The translations under genes and the position numbers were made by a program. DNA of 64,000 nt from an uncultured Methanomicrobiaceae archaeon (GTDB taxonomy: Archaea > Halobacteriota > Methanomicrobia > Methanomicrobiales > Methanoculleaceae): assembly GCA_963826525.1 (NCBI GenBank), contig CAWGXH010000003.1, positions 384,001 through 448,000 on the forward strand, read 5' to 3'. The notes beneath the pieces were generated by a model, which was not told where the DNA came from, ran no database searches, and saw nothing but the letters and a program-made list of their open reading frames with translations. Shown in pieces: positions 46,456 through 57,167 of the stretch (positions are counted from its first letter, which is position 1; every line of letters begins with the position of its first letter).

Positions 46456-46972
46456 AGATCAGAATGAATATGACGTTAAGATATGTATGTATCGGAATGA
46501 GGTTCGCGAGCTGCTCGTTCAGTCATTCACTTGCGTATATCGAAACCGCGATCTGATATCCACAAAGATGTTTGTGGATACTCTGTAGCCACAAACCGTA
46601 CCCCGGAGAGCGGTTGTGCGACACCGGTGAGGGAGAACGCTCGGCGAACGGCAGGAACCAGAACAGCACTCCCATATAAAAAGCCGCGACGTGGGAGCGT
46701 TACGCCGCTGTCTCCTGCCCTGCGGAGGCGGTCTCCTCATCGGGCATAGCAGAGTCCCGCCCATGAGCGTTCCGGTCAGGAGTGCACTTTTTCACGCCGT
46801 TTTCACGACCCGCTCCGTCGTGTCCGGGCACTCCCGGGTACTCGTTACCCGGTATGGGGTTTTTCTGGGCTTTTGTTGAATCATATAGTTACCGCGTACG
46901 CTCCGTCCCCGCCGCCGAATCAGTTTCACAACTCTTTTCCGCCTCCGGATGAACCCTTACTCCATGAACAGC

Positions 46973-48375
46973 AGGTATATGCTTCTTGTCGCAACACTCC
47001 TCATCGCGGCGATCCTTGCCGCCGGCTGCACGGGTACTTCAGGTCCGGTAACACCGGCAACTTCCGCGGCCGGCACTTCGTATATACCCCCCGCAACGAT
47101 CACGACCATTCCAGAACTTGTCAGGTTCGTTGCCGATGCCGCGGCATACGCGCGGGAAAACGGGAGAGAACAGGCGATTGCTGCGTTCAACGATCCGAAT
47201 GGGACGTTTGCCGTCGGCAATCTGCATATCTTCGCCGTCGGATACGACGGGATTGTTGTTGCCGATGCGGGAAAGCCCGAAATCCGGGGAACGAACCTTT
47301 CGAATATGACCGATTCCTTCGGGATACCCATCATCGAGGTCCTTGGAGAGACCGCACGGTTCGGCAGGGGGTATGTGAGTTATACCTACCCGAACCCGGC
47401 AAAGAATAACACGTTCGAGCCCCAGCTTGCGGTGGTCGAGAACGTGGACGGGACGTACTACGTCGGTGCCGGGTTCTTTGCCTCCGAAGGCGAGATTTAC
47501 CCGTCGGTTCAACTGAACACGTCCGGGGGGCAGCCCGATGTCGACGATCTTGTGGCCTACGTGAAGAGTGCCGTCGCGTACGCGAAAACGAACGGGAGGG
47601 AGTCAGCTCTTGCGGCCTTCAACGATCCGAAAGGGCAGTTCGTCCAGGGGGAGCTTGTCATGATGGCGTTCGACTGCAACGGTACGAACCTTGCAAGCCC
47701 GCCGTACTCACCCGAACTACCGAAATACCGCATCAACCTGATCAACTACTACGACCCCGACGGGGTCGCTACCATCCGCGGGATGCGGGACCTCGCGAGA
47801 GAGGGCGGCGGGTTCCTCTACACCGTCGCAAAGGTGATGGTGAACGGAACTGAGGTATACGTGCCGAAGATCGATTATGCCGAGCCCGTGGACGGGGACT
47901 GGTGGGTCTTCTCCGGGATCATCGTGCCGGAGTATGTCGGCGACGGCAATATGACCGGCATCCAGGTCCGGAACCACACCCGTGAGGAGCTCTATCGAGC
48001 TCGTGAACAGGGCAGTCGACTATGCACGGGCGAACGGGAAGAATACGACGCTCGCAGAGATCAACAATCCGGGCGGGCGGTTCGTGAACGGGGACCTTTT
48101 CGTCTGGGCGTCGTCGTCCGATGGAACGCTCCTTGCCGACCCGTTCTGGAAGTCCGGGATCGGGCAGAATCATATGAACTACACCGACCGGTACGGCATG
48201 GCGGTCACGAAGGTCGGGATCGAGGCGATGGAGAACGGCACCGGATTTTCACGTGCGCTGTTTCCAGACACCGCGGTGAACGGCACCGTGGATGTGCCCA
48301 AGTCTGATCTACATGAAGGCTGTGGATGATACCTGGTGGATCGGGAGCGGGGTGTACGGCATCGAGGTAAGGTAA
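46973..48375 (+). CDS. Lipoprotein with three tandem Cache (sCache_2-like) domains (frameshifts near 47995 and 48305)
   Basis: LAAGC lipobox; three repeats of V..A..YA..NG.E.A.A.FN.P.G.F. Confidence 0.82.
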
Positions 48376-48531
48376 GGGAGCCTCCGGTCGTACAGAATGG
48401 CCCGATCACCATCCCTGATCTCCGGGCCGTAATCGTTTGACCCGGGTCCGGAAAGACTTCCTTCCCTTTTTCGGGAAGTTCCGGATGGATCGGGAAAAAG
48501 GAATCAGATTGTATTTCCGCCGGCATACTGG

Positions 48532-48828
48532 TCAGACCGGTCCTGCCGGGCTGCCCGCATCTGCAGGCACGGCCACGAGCGTCTCTATCTCCGTCCGGTC
48601 AGCCCGTTTTAAGGCCATATTCATGGCTGCTTTTTCATCCGGGGCTTCAAAGATGACCACGGTATCGTACCTTCCGAGCGCCCAGGAGATACTCTGGTAT
48701 CGAATCTGTCCTTTTGTGTCAGCCTCGATATCCTTCAGGTTCTGTTCAACAACTTCTTTGCTCAAGCTTGTTTTGCAGTTTGCCAGCGCAATGAAAAGGA
48801 TGACTCTCCTCGTTCCTGTACAGAGCAT
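48532..48828 (-). CDS. GYD domain protein (start uncertain)
   Basis: WALGRYDTVVIFEAPDE, TE.ETL.A. Confidence 0.75.
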   Translation of the reverse strand: MLCTGTRRVILFIALANCKTSLSKEVVEQNLKDIEADTKGQIRYQSISWALGRYDTVVIFEAPDEKAAMNMALKRADRTEIETLVAVPADAGSPAGPV

Positions 48829-49419
48829 TTGGTCGGAATCCCCTGACCGGTGTGCGAAGCAGGGATATCCTTGTGCAGGAAGGTAATTCAGCCGCTGTCG
48901 TTTTGCTAACTCTCATTGGGGGGTATGCTTGACCATATTCCTAATCCTGTTTAGTACTAATCCAAATTAGGAACAAGAGATTTGCTTCCGGGCACGGTCT
49001 CATGATGGCACGCTGCGCCACGGAACGACTGTATCTCCAGGTTCACTTCTCTTCCATGCCGCGGTCGTTGGCACGGTGTCGAGAAAGAAAGATGGGCAGG
49101 AGCGTGCAGTTACAGATGAGGGACAAAAGATACCTTTGAACACTCGGTTCAGCCCACCTTCCGCAGAAGACGATCAATCCCTGAAACTATTATCTACCCG
49201 ATCGCAAATGAGGGACGTCCTTCCTGGATCTGGCCTTGCCCTCAACGCCATACCTCTCGCTCAGGTCCGCTCGGCCAATCACCTTCTCTCCAGGCAGTAT
49301 TCTGCCTCATCCATACATATAGTGGGAGATCGGTGATGAAACTCAGAATGGTGTCGAGGATACCCTGAAAGAGCTATGCGGGGAAGTTGTCATTGCTCGT
49401 GAGATTGTGAGAACGGGGC

Positions 49420-49700
49420 TTGTTCACTCCGGAATTACTACCGGCAGACTATCCTCATCCCACAGCCCCTGCGAGACGAAAACCGGCATCCCTATCATCC
49501 CGCTCCCCGATCTCTGCCGTGAAGAGCATGGACCTCGCCGAATACCGGAGGATCAATACCATCATGAGCGGGACAGCGCCGACGCGACCTACAAGTACCA
49601 CCCTCATCCGGGCGGTCATCGAGATCCGCCGGCAGTTCCCGCACCTCCGGGAGGATGACGGCGATGCGGTCTCGTTCCCGCTCGGGCTGCTCGTCGAGAT
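49420..49700 (+). pseudogene. Fragment spanning the end of one gene and the N-terminus of a probable HNH-associated protein, copy 1
   Basis: MDLAEYRRINTI..RDS.D.TYKY.L.RAVIEI; near-duplicate of 50710..50865; HNH link is from recall of the TYK.AL motif. Confidence 0.5.
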
Positions 49701-49890
49701 GCGGCAAAGAGCTCGACTTCATCTTGTCGATCCCTTACCGCCTCGAATCCGTGATTCCGTCTTTCGCGATGTCGCCTCTGTCGAGAGATGCCCTGTTCAT
49801 GCCGCGAGGATAGCAGAGACGCCATCGTTGCCGTCCGATCGTAGGGAAGGGATTGGACGATCGAGGATTGCCCGGCGAGGGAATGACGGC

Positions 49891-50111
49891 CTAGAGCAGA
49901 TCATGCAGATCTTCGACCGTCATCTCGGCCTGCTTTAAAATGTGCGACAGCGTTGAACGCTTGACCGGCTTATGCATAGGGACTGTCAGTTTCAGGAGTT
50001 TGTCCGGCAGATGCTTGTGCAGGTGGATGTGGCTGCCACGCGTGCGGATGACCGGTCCCGTTGAAGAGCGGTAACGATTTTGTCATAATCAAGAGCAGGA
50101 ACCTTGCTCAT
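49891..50111 (-). pseudogene. hicA: HicA toxin copy 3 (221 nt; frame break near 50054)
   Basis: MSKVPALDYDKIVTALQRD / VIRTRGSHIHLHKH...VPMHKPVKRSTLSHILKQAEMTVEDLHDLL*. Confidence 0.85.
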
Positions 50112-50312
50112 ACGGCAATCTCAATCTGCTCGGCTGTTTCGCTAAAAGCGAGATCATCCTCGACGGTTTCAAGATACAGGTCAATCGCTTCCCTGATATT
50201 TTCCAGCGCTTCTTCCTTCGTGTCGCCCTCGCTGATACAGCCGGGAAGGCTTGGTACATAGACCGTATAGCCCCCTTTCTCACTGGGCTTGAGCACTACA
50301 CGCAAGTTGCAT
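50108..50312 (-). CDS. hicB: HicB antitoxin copy 3 (extra base after ATG, or TTG start at 50305)
   Basis: RVVLKPSEKGGYTVYVPSLPGCISEGDTKEEALENIREAI. Confidence 0.87.
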
Positions 50313-50709
50313 ACCCTACAGTGTCAATCCGGGGAATGTATACTTAATTGGCATATCGGCGATGTCCGGGCACATGGATACATTGGCTGAGATTGCTGAC
50401 CCGGCACTGCCGTCTAGGAAATGCTTTGGTAACGGTGGGCGCCCACGTTCGCGTGGCCGAGGAGGATGTCGTCCACGGCACGGCCTCGCTCCGGATCCAC
50501 CGCTATATCGAGGATCGCCGGTGCGATCTCGTAGGTGTCGATATCGCCTACTCCGAACCCGGCGATGACGGTCAATTGCATATCTGGCACGCTCCATCCA
50601 GGAGATCGGCAGTGTATGGGATAACGTTTTGCTCTCCGGGCATCGCCGGCTCCTGCAATCCTCGGAGCAGATTGGGAGGGATGTATCTGATTGTGAAAGC
50701 CCTGCCGAA

Positions 50710-50865
50710 CGAAAACCGGCATCCATATCATCCCACTCCCTGATCTCTTCCTGGAGCAGCATGGATCTCGCCGAATACCGAAAGATCAATACCATCATCG
50801 AGCGGGATAGTGCCGACGCGGCCTACAAGTACGCCCTCCTCCGGGGCGTCATCGAGGTCTGCTGG
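50710..50865 (+). pseudogene. Probable HNH-associated protein N-terminal fragment, copy 2
   Basis: MDLAEYRKINTIIERDSADAAYKYALLRGVIEV. Confidence 0.5.
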
Positions 50866-51182
50866 CAGGTCGATCTTCGGAGTGGGCGGCATGAGCACTC
50901 GGACATGTTCCTTCTGCAGTCCGTTCCCGGGAGGAGAAACGTCTCGAAGTCATCTGCTCTCGCTTTCGCCGACAGGTGTTCCATCCCGGAGAGAACAGAA
51001 ATGCAGTGGGTATCGGGGTGCCGTAGCGGAGATGAGCCCCGCCCAAGGTGCCGGAACCTACTTATTCTATGCTGATATATCTTCAACAACTGATGAATGA
51101 GAATGAACATACGTTGAATAAAATTCAACATACGCGTGACCCGGAGCAACGGTTGCCGGAAGAAGATACCCCGGGATCCGGG

Positions 51183-51764
51183 ATGGAAAAGGTTACCCTG
51201 ACCGGAACCGTTCGCCAATGGGATTTCCTGAGCCGGTATGGATCTCTGTTCCGGAGATCGTCGCTGGTACTCCTCGTCGTGCTTGGAAGACAGCACTGGC
51301 TGAAATTTCACGTGCGGGAGATTTCACGGATGGTCGACTACGACGTCTCCCTCGTCAGTAAAAACCTCAAAGATCTGGAGGCGATGGGGCTGGTCACCCA
51401 CGAGGATGTGGGGAACTTGGTCTTCTACCAGGCGAAGATCGAGAGTGTCCTTCTGCGGCAGATGAAGATCTGCTTTACACTCCTCGAGATCCAGGATCTT
51501 GTCCGGGAGCTGCAGGACGTAACGACGAGCGCTATCCTGTACGGCAGTTGCGCGAGAGGAGAGGATACCGTGAGCAGCGATATCGACCTGTACATCGAGA
51601 CTCTCGAAAAAGAGCCTGTCTGGAAACTCCTGCAGAAATACCAGAAGGTCCTGTCGCGGGAACTTTCTCCGATCATCAATACCCCGGACGAAACGTACCG
51701 GTTGAGGGCGGAGGATCGCTCGCTGTACAACAACATCCAGCAGGGGATTGTCCTTACGGAGTGA
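51183..51764 (+). CDS. wHTH + nucleotidyltransferase (MNT) protein
   Basis: HVREISR...VSKNLKDLE..GLV HTH; LYGSCARGEDTVSSDIDL. Confidence 0.88.
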   Translation: MEKVTLTGTVRQWDFLSRYGSLFRRSSLVLLVVLGRQHWLKFHVREISRMVDYDVSLVSKNLKDLEAMGLVTHEDVGNLVFYQAKIESVLLRQMKICFTLLEIQDLVRELQDVTTSAILYGSCARGEDTVSSDIDLYIETLEKEPVWKLLQKYQKVLSRELSPIINTPDETYRLRAEDRSLYNNIQQGIVLTE

Positions 51765-51767
51765 GCT

Positions 51768-52223
51768 ATGTCATACAAATTCAGGGACTGCGAAAATCGG
51801 CAGAAAGTGATCAGGCGACCCGTGGGCAGGGATATGGTCGAAAAGGAGATAGCCGAGGCGAAGAAAGACCTCGATTCGGCAAAGAAGTCCTTTCTCGAAT
51901 CGGACTACAAGTGGACAATCGTCAAGGCATACTATTCTCTGTTCCACGCGTGCAAATCGTTGTTGTTCAGCGCCGGGTACGTTGAGAAAAGCCATGACTG
52001 CCTGATCGTCGCCGTCGAGGAACTCTTCACCGACCGAGGTATTCTGCCCCACTCAATTGTTTCGAATACCAGAAGGGCAAAGATAGCCCGGGAGTCCGCA
52101 GATTACGGCATGACCTACGGTGAATCTTCTGCGAAGGGAACCGTGCAGGATGCGGAAGCGGTCTTCCGGGTGGTCTCTGCATATCTGGCGGGACAGGGTT
52201 TCGGCGTTCCCTCCCCTGATTGA
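51768..52223 (+). CDS. HEPN domain protein (MNT partner)
   Basis: A..DL.SA, AYYSLFHA.KSLL, KSH, RESADY. Confidence 0.87.
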   Translation: MSYKFRDCENRQKVIRRPVGRDMVEKEIAEAKKDLDSAKKSFLESDYKWTIVKAYYSLFHACKSLLFSAGYVEKSHDCLIVAVEELFTDRGILPHSIVSNTRRAKIARESADYGMTYGESSAKGTVQDAEAVFRVVSAYLAGQGFGVPSPD

Positions 52224-52465
52224 GGGGCACGAAGGCGTCGAAGCTCGAGGTCCTGAACCTGCTCGCCCGGATCATCCGCACGGGCGCTATCGTCGTCGTC
52301 CAGGAGGTCCGAGGCATGACCGGCGCCGGCGGTCGCTACCGAGATCATGGGCGATGGGCGGCGAGGCCGTCCGCGACGCTGGGCACGAGACCTACTCGTG
52401 CCGGCTCACCCGCCACGACCCGTCCGGCGAGATCACTTCCGTCACGTTCGGCCGGGACGCGGTCA

Positions 52466-52651
52466 GGATCACGAGCTACCAGGACGATGCTATCCGGACC
52501 ACGGTCGAGACCTGGGCGGACGGTATGCCGGCGCTCGGGTGAGAAACTATGTATGTTCAGCGGAACGCTATAGGATCACGAGATTATTAGGATGATGTTA
52601 TTCGCACCACGGTCGAGACATGGGCGGACGGCATGCCGGCGCTCGGGTGAG
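52466..52651 (+). repeat. Direct duplication of ~78 bp (3' end of small ORF ...TVETWADGMPALG*)
   Basis: 52466..52543 vs 52573..52651, mostly transitions. Confidence 0.8.
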
Positions 52652-52953
52652 GAGGGACACCCCCTCTCTTTCCGTCCTGAAAGAGGGGTAATTTTGGGGT
52701 ATTTTCCGTTTTTGAGGCCGGTTTCAGAGGTCGGATTTTAGCGGGATCGATCGCCGGAGCATATCGCCCGGATTCCTGAAATATGACAGAATCATTGAGA
52801 TATAATGGCCGTATGAGCGGCAGTAATTTTGAGGGGATGGATACTATGCCTCGCCTCGAGATCGGCCGTCTGTGGGCTTCTGTGTGGGTCGGTTTTTCGG
52901 CGAATTCGGCCCGGATTGCAGGTATTTAAGCGTTGCTGAACCGAAACGGAGGC
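52615..52953 (+). repeat. Dispersed repeat R, copy 2 (divergent 5' half)
   Basis: TGGGCGGACGG...GGGTGAGG...TTCCGTCCTGAA and CCGGAGCATATCGCCC...CTCGCCTCGAGATCGGCCG...TTTAAGC.TTGCT.AACCGAAACGGA shared with copy 3. Confidence 0.8.
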
Positions 52954-53237
52954 CTCCGGGTTCCCGATCTGGTTGTTCGCTGCGAAGTACACCTCCAGCT
53001 CGCTCTCCGGGACACGTTGCTGGCCTCTTCGACGCACGCTTCCGCCCCGACGAGTGTAACATCAGCGTGAACATCGGCGAGGCTACTGGGCAGAGGTGAT
53101 ACACCTGCAGAGGACATGAGGAACTGCAACGGATGATTTCGGAGAGGAGGGTATTGGTGGATCTTCTCTGTGAGAGGTTATAAGAGAGAACTGCGCATGT
53201 GGACGGGAATATAAAATCGTTTTGCTAAATTCTCTTG

Positions 53238-53455
53238 ATCTGTGCAAAGCTTCCGGGTAAACCCCTCCATCTGGCGGCAAGGCATCAGGAGAAAGATGTG
53301 GATGCAGGCCATCCACGTGATGAACGGTTCCGGATACTGATACGGGCGGTCACGCCTCCCGGCATTCATCTGCGAAAGGAGTTTGTCCCACTGGCTGATG
53401 TAGTCAAGCGAGAGGGAGAACTCACCCCGCCGAACCAGCCGCTCATTATATACTC
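53238..53455 (-). mobile_element. IS5-family transposase N-terminal fragment
   Basis: YNERLVRRGE...GR...YP...L.MP.RQMEGF; no DDE domain or terminal repeats seen. Confidence 0.7.
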
Positions 53456-53688
53456 CAGTCGCGAGTGTCATGGTACGGCCGTCCCCAGCGTTCTTTCTTC
53501 GCCATGAAAGACCGGCAGGGGCGACCGGCATCTTCTCTTTTGCGGTCGGGCGACCAGAATTATTCAACACGGCAATGAGCGCTATAACCTTCGTTCCTCG
53601 GCTTGATCTCTCCGGAGATAAGCGATCGTGGTCAGGGTGATGAGGTAGCCATGCTATTACTGTCTGGCATCATGCTATTCCCCATGAA

Positions 53689-55242
53689 CTATGTCACTCT
53701 TTTCTCTTTTCTGAGAATTTCGTTACCCTTTTCAGTCAGGCGGTATTTCTGCGTCGGACTTTTTGGTGAATCCGGCTGTGTCATCTCAACAAGCCCTGCC
53801 TGAATTGCCGGCTTTAGGTAATCATACAGAAATGTGGGGCGGTGGCTGAGATCCAGGCATTGCATGGCATCTTTTCCTCCAAGAGGTTTTGTGTTCAGGC
53901 AGACCAGAAGGCGTCTTACTTGTTCGGTTACTTGTTCGGTTACTTGTTCGGTTACTTGTTCGGTTACTTGTTCGGTTACTTGTTCGGTTACTTGTTCGGT
54001 TACTTGTTCGGTTACTTGTTCGGTTATTGTTCGTCATTACTTGTTCGGTTACTTGTTCGCCAATATCCTCTGCGACTTCGTCCCCGTCGGGATATTCTCC
54101 TCCAAAAAAACTGTAAAACGAACTTTCATCCCAATTTCTTCGATCACAGGCTCAGGTAAGTTCTGCTTCTCTGCTTCGTCAAGAATCCGGCGAAACCCGC
54201 TGCCCCACTGTTCGATAAGCCCGAGCTCCCGAAACACACGGGCGATCACACGGTTGCGAATCTTGGATACACCCTGCCTGACGTCCTCAATGGTCATGCC
54301 TGGAAGCAAAATGCCAGGGTTTTCTATCTCTACCCGGTCATCATAGATGGCAACCCGCAGAGGTGCACCGATCTGGGAATAATCTGCATGCACTATGGCA
54401 TTGATAACCGCTTCACGCACAATGATCATGGGAATGCTCCAGACATCGCGACGGCGGATTTCGGATAAGTCTGCCCCTCTCATTGCATGCTTTTTTATAA
54501 ACTCAATGACACGCTCGACGGCGATAGGCAGGTGCTCATGAATCTCGGTGTGATCAAAGATGACATTCTTTGTCTGTACCTGCAAAACGCCCGCATTGAA
54601 TCCAGGCATCCGGGAAGTGTTCCTCACGGTCTCTTCCGAAGAGTAGCACCCCGCCGATGGTCGGAACCAACTTTCCCTGCACCGGTGTGAGCAGTCTCAG
54701 CGTGAGCAGCCCCTTTTCGTTTAACTCCCGCTGTCCTTCAAACAGTGCTCGTGCGGCCGTAAGGTCTAGCGCATCTGCAGTCAGCTCAGGCAGTGGCAAC
54801 TCATCAAAGGCCGTTCCTGTAACACTGCGTTCCAGCTCCGCGGTAAGTTGCCTATCGGCTTTCCTGTTCGTTGAACCAAGGCGGACATACACGCCATCTG
54901 CAGAACCTTCTTTCTTTATCCAGTGGGGGCGCGAACTGCTGGGGTACACCTCCACCCCCAGCAGGGCCTTATCTTCAATTGCAATCAGTTCAACATTGGG
55001 CACAAGCCGTGGCTCGATACTGTCAGCAATAAGATTACACAGCCGCTCTTCTTCATCCAGCGGGTTTTCAACTCCCAAAACTTCCCTTGAACCGTCTTCC
55101 ACTCCGATGAAAGCTGTCCGCCGGCTGTGTTGGCAAATGCAACCAGTGTTTTCAGGATATTCCTGGGAGATGAAAGGTCTCGTTTGAACTCCAGCGTTTT
55201 GCCTTCGGGCATTGAAATCAGCTGGGCGATGGGGAGACTCAT
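53689..55242 (-). CDS. AlbA_2 (Schlafen-like) + RecG-C/HATPase_c_4-like + C-terminal wHTH protein (several apparent frameshifts)
   Basis: EGKTLEFKRDL, AFANTAGG, YVRLGSTN; REAVINAIVHADY, EIENPG, RNRVIA..F, IEQWGSG; ...YLKPA...GLVEMT.PD.PKSP.QKYRLT. Confidence 0.85.
53916..54060. repeat. 12-bp tandem repeat TTACTTGTTCGG (9 perfect + 1 degenerate + 2), encoding a VTEQ linker on the minus strand
   Basis: Read directly. Confidence 0.95.
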
Positions 55243-56607
55243 TGAGCCTCCTCCTGGATAGCCTTGCCGGGTTGAGGGTACTTCACCTAGAGAACGAGAA
55301 CTTGCTGTTCCAATTCTTTCACGATATGGATGAAGAGAAACCGGCTTGCTGTCTGCGTTGCTATCTTCATACTTCGCACGACAGCAAGCACCCCTATAAT
55401 TTTCCGAATGAACTGAGTTCCCAGCAGTTGCTGCTGTACCAAATGCAATTCCCGTGACCACACTACCCCTATGGATCATACATTCGATCATCGTTCTATC
55501 AAGCCAATTGATCTGTTCTCTCATCGTCTCGTATGAAGAAATGAACATCCGACTCCACATGGGTAGTGCCTCAATTCTCTGTAGTTTGGTTAAGCCCTGT
55601 ATCCTTGCCAGATCATTCCTTCTCCATTGTCAAATACCTTCTGCCGGAAATTCCACTCCCTGATGATACCCCATCAAACAGGAACCTGTCAGCATAAAGA
55701 GTGATTTCTCGTTGGGAATGCCTCTACTACCGTGGTTCTCCGTATCAACTTCATGTTGCCCTTTTCCATCAGGTTCATTGTTCAAATTCGTCTCCAACGC
55801 CTTTCTACGGAGTTTCCCGAAGTAACCCGGATGAACATTTGATGAAAAGAGCAGGTGAAGGAAGTGAAGTGCCGTGTTGCACAAATCCGCCGGAGGGTAA
55901 TTTCCCACTATTACTGTCGTGCATTCGTTCAGGTCACCATGATAATTAGCGTGTTATTGCGTTTTTTTTCGTCATGACTCAGCGCAGTATCTGCTCCTGG
56001 AAATTAGGCCTCACACCTCCTCAGAAAATCCTTTTCACGATGGAGAAGGGTCATTCGATCTGCTATCTCATCCCAGCTGGTTACCAGCGGCAGTACCCTG
56101 ATATCCTCCACATCTGATTCGTTCTCTGATGCATTCGACACGATAGGCCGACCCGGTCGACTGGTCGAGGTATCGGCCTGTGTCTTGATACTGGAAAGGC
56201 TATTCCGTTTTTCGGATAGTGAGGAGAGCGTTTTGGTCGTATGCACGGCCTGCTCCTCACCGCGGTGTTGCGGGGCGAGGGCTGCCCACCGGCGCCGGTC
56301 TCTCACGATGGAGATCTGCGGTCAGGGGAGGAAAATGGATGTGAAATGTCCTGGACAGGATCACCGCCACGTGATCTTCGCACCACCCCTCGCCTGGATG
56401 CGCCGGAATCGGTACTTCGGGTAGCCTCATCATCGCGTAATGTGACCGATGCCCGGGTGGAAGCATGAGTTCTCCAGCCACGTTGGGCGAGAGGCATCCA
56501 CCGCAATCTGCACGAATCCCGCCCGGCAGGTCCCAAGATCGAAGGCCGGGGCTGCAAGATCGAGGTACGCCATGGTGATTATCGAATCGATGAACGCGGA
56601 GGGCTCG

Positions 56608-56946
56608 TCCCAATGGGCCTGGGCGGACGGGGTACTTACCCCGGGGTGAGGGGAAACCACCCTCCTTCCGTCCTGAACGAAGTGCAAATCGCCGCCCTTT
56701 TTCGATTCTAACGAAGTTTCCCGATCCCGGATCCCGCCGCGAAAATTAACCGGAGCATATCGCCCCGATTCCCGAAAATCGGCAGTATCGCAGACCTATA
56801 CCGGCGATATGAGCGGGGGTAATTTTCAGAGGGTGGATACCCTGCCTCGCCTCGAGATCGGCCGCCTGTGGGCTTCTGTGAGGGTCGAAATTCCTCCGGA
56901 TTCGCCCCGGATTGTGGGCATTTAAGCATTGCTTAACCGAAACGGA
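56608..56946 (+). repeat. Dispersed repeat R, copy 3 (preceded by an ORF ending ...WADGVLTPG*)
   Basis: Aligns by eye over its whole length to 28547..28875 and largely to 52615..52953. Confidence 0.85.
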
Positions 56947-57167
56947 AAGGAAGATTGGCCTCTACAGAACTTCTGGTGATGTAGAGTGAGAATGACGAGC
57001 CTCTTCTGGCAGCGAATGAGCACCTCATACAAGGTACGAGACGAAAGAATGAGAAATCCGCCCTCCTGTTCACGCCGGGCAGATATGCCCCTACCACATT
57101 CTCCAAAAGAAAACACATAATTTTGGTCGCCGCGAAGGTCCTCCTGACATCTCTGCGAGGATTATGC

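Noticed and set aside
52466-52651. DGR template/variable repeat pair
   Set aside because: Differences are not confined to adenines on either strand, and no reverse transcriptase is present.
53916-54060. CRISPR array, or real ORFs such as (YLFG)n, (CSVT)n, (LLVR)n
   Set aside because: It is a 12-bp tandem repeat inside the minus-strand AlbA_2 gene; the other frames are shadows.
55250-56320. Short ORFs upstream of the AlbA_2 gene
   Set aside because: No recognisable motif or consistent frame; probably decayed sequence, so not called.
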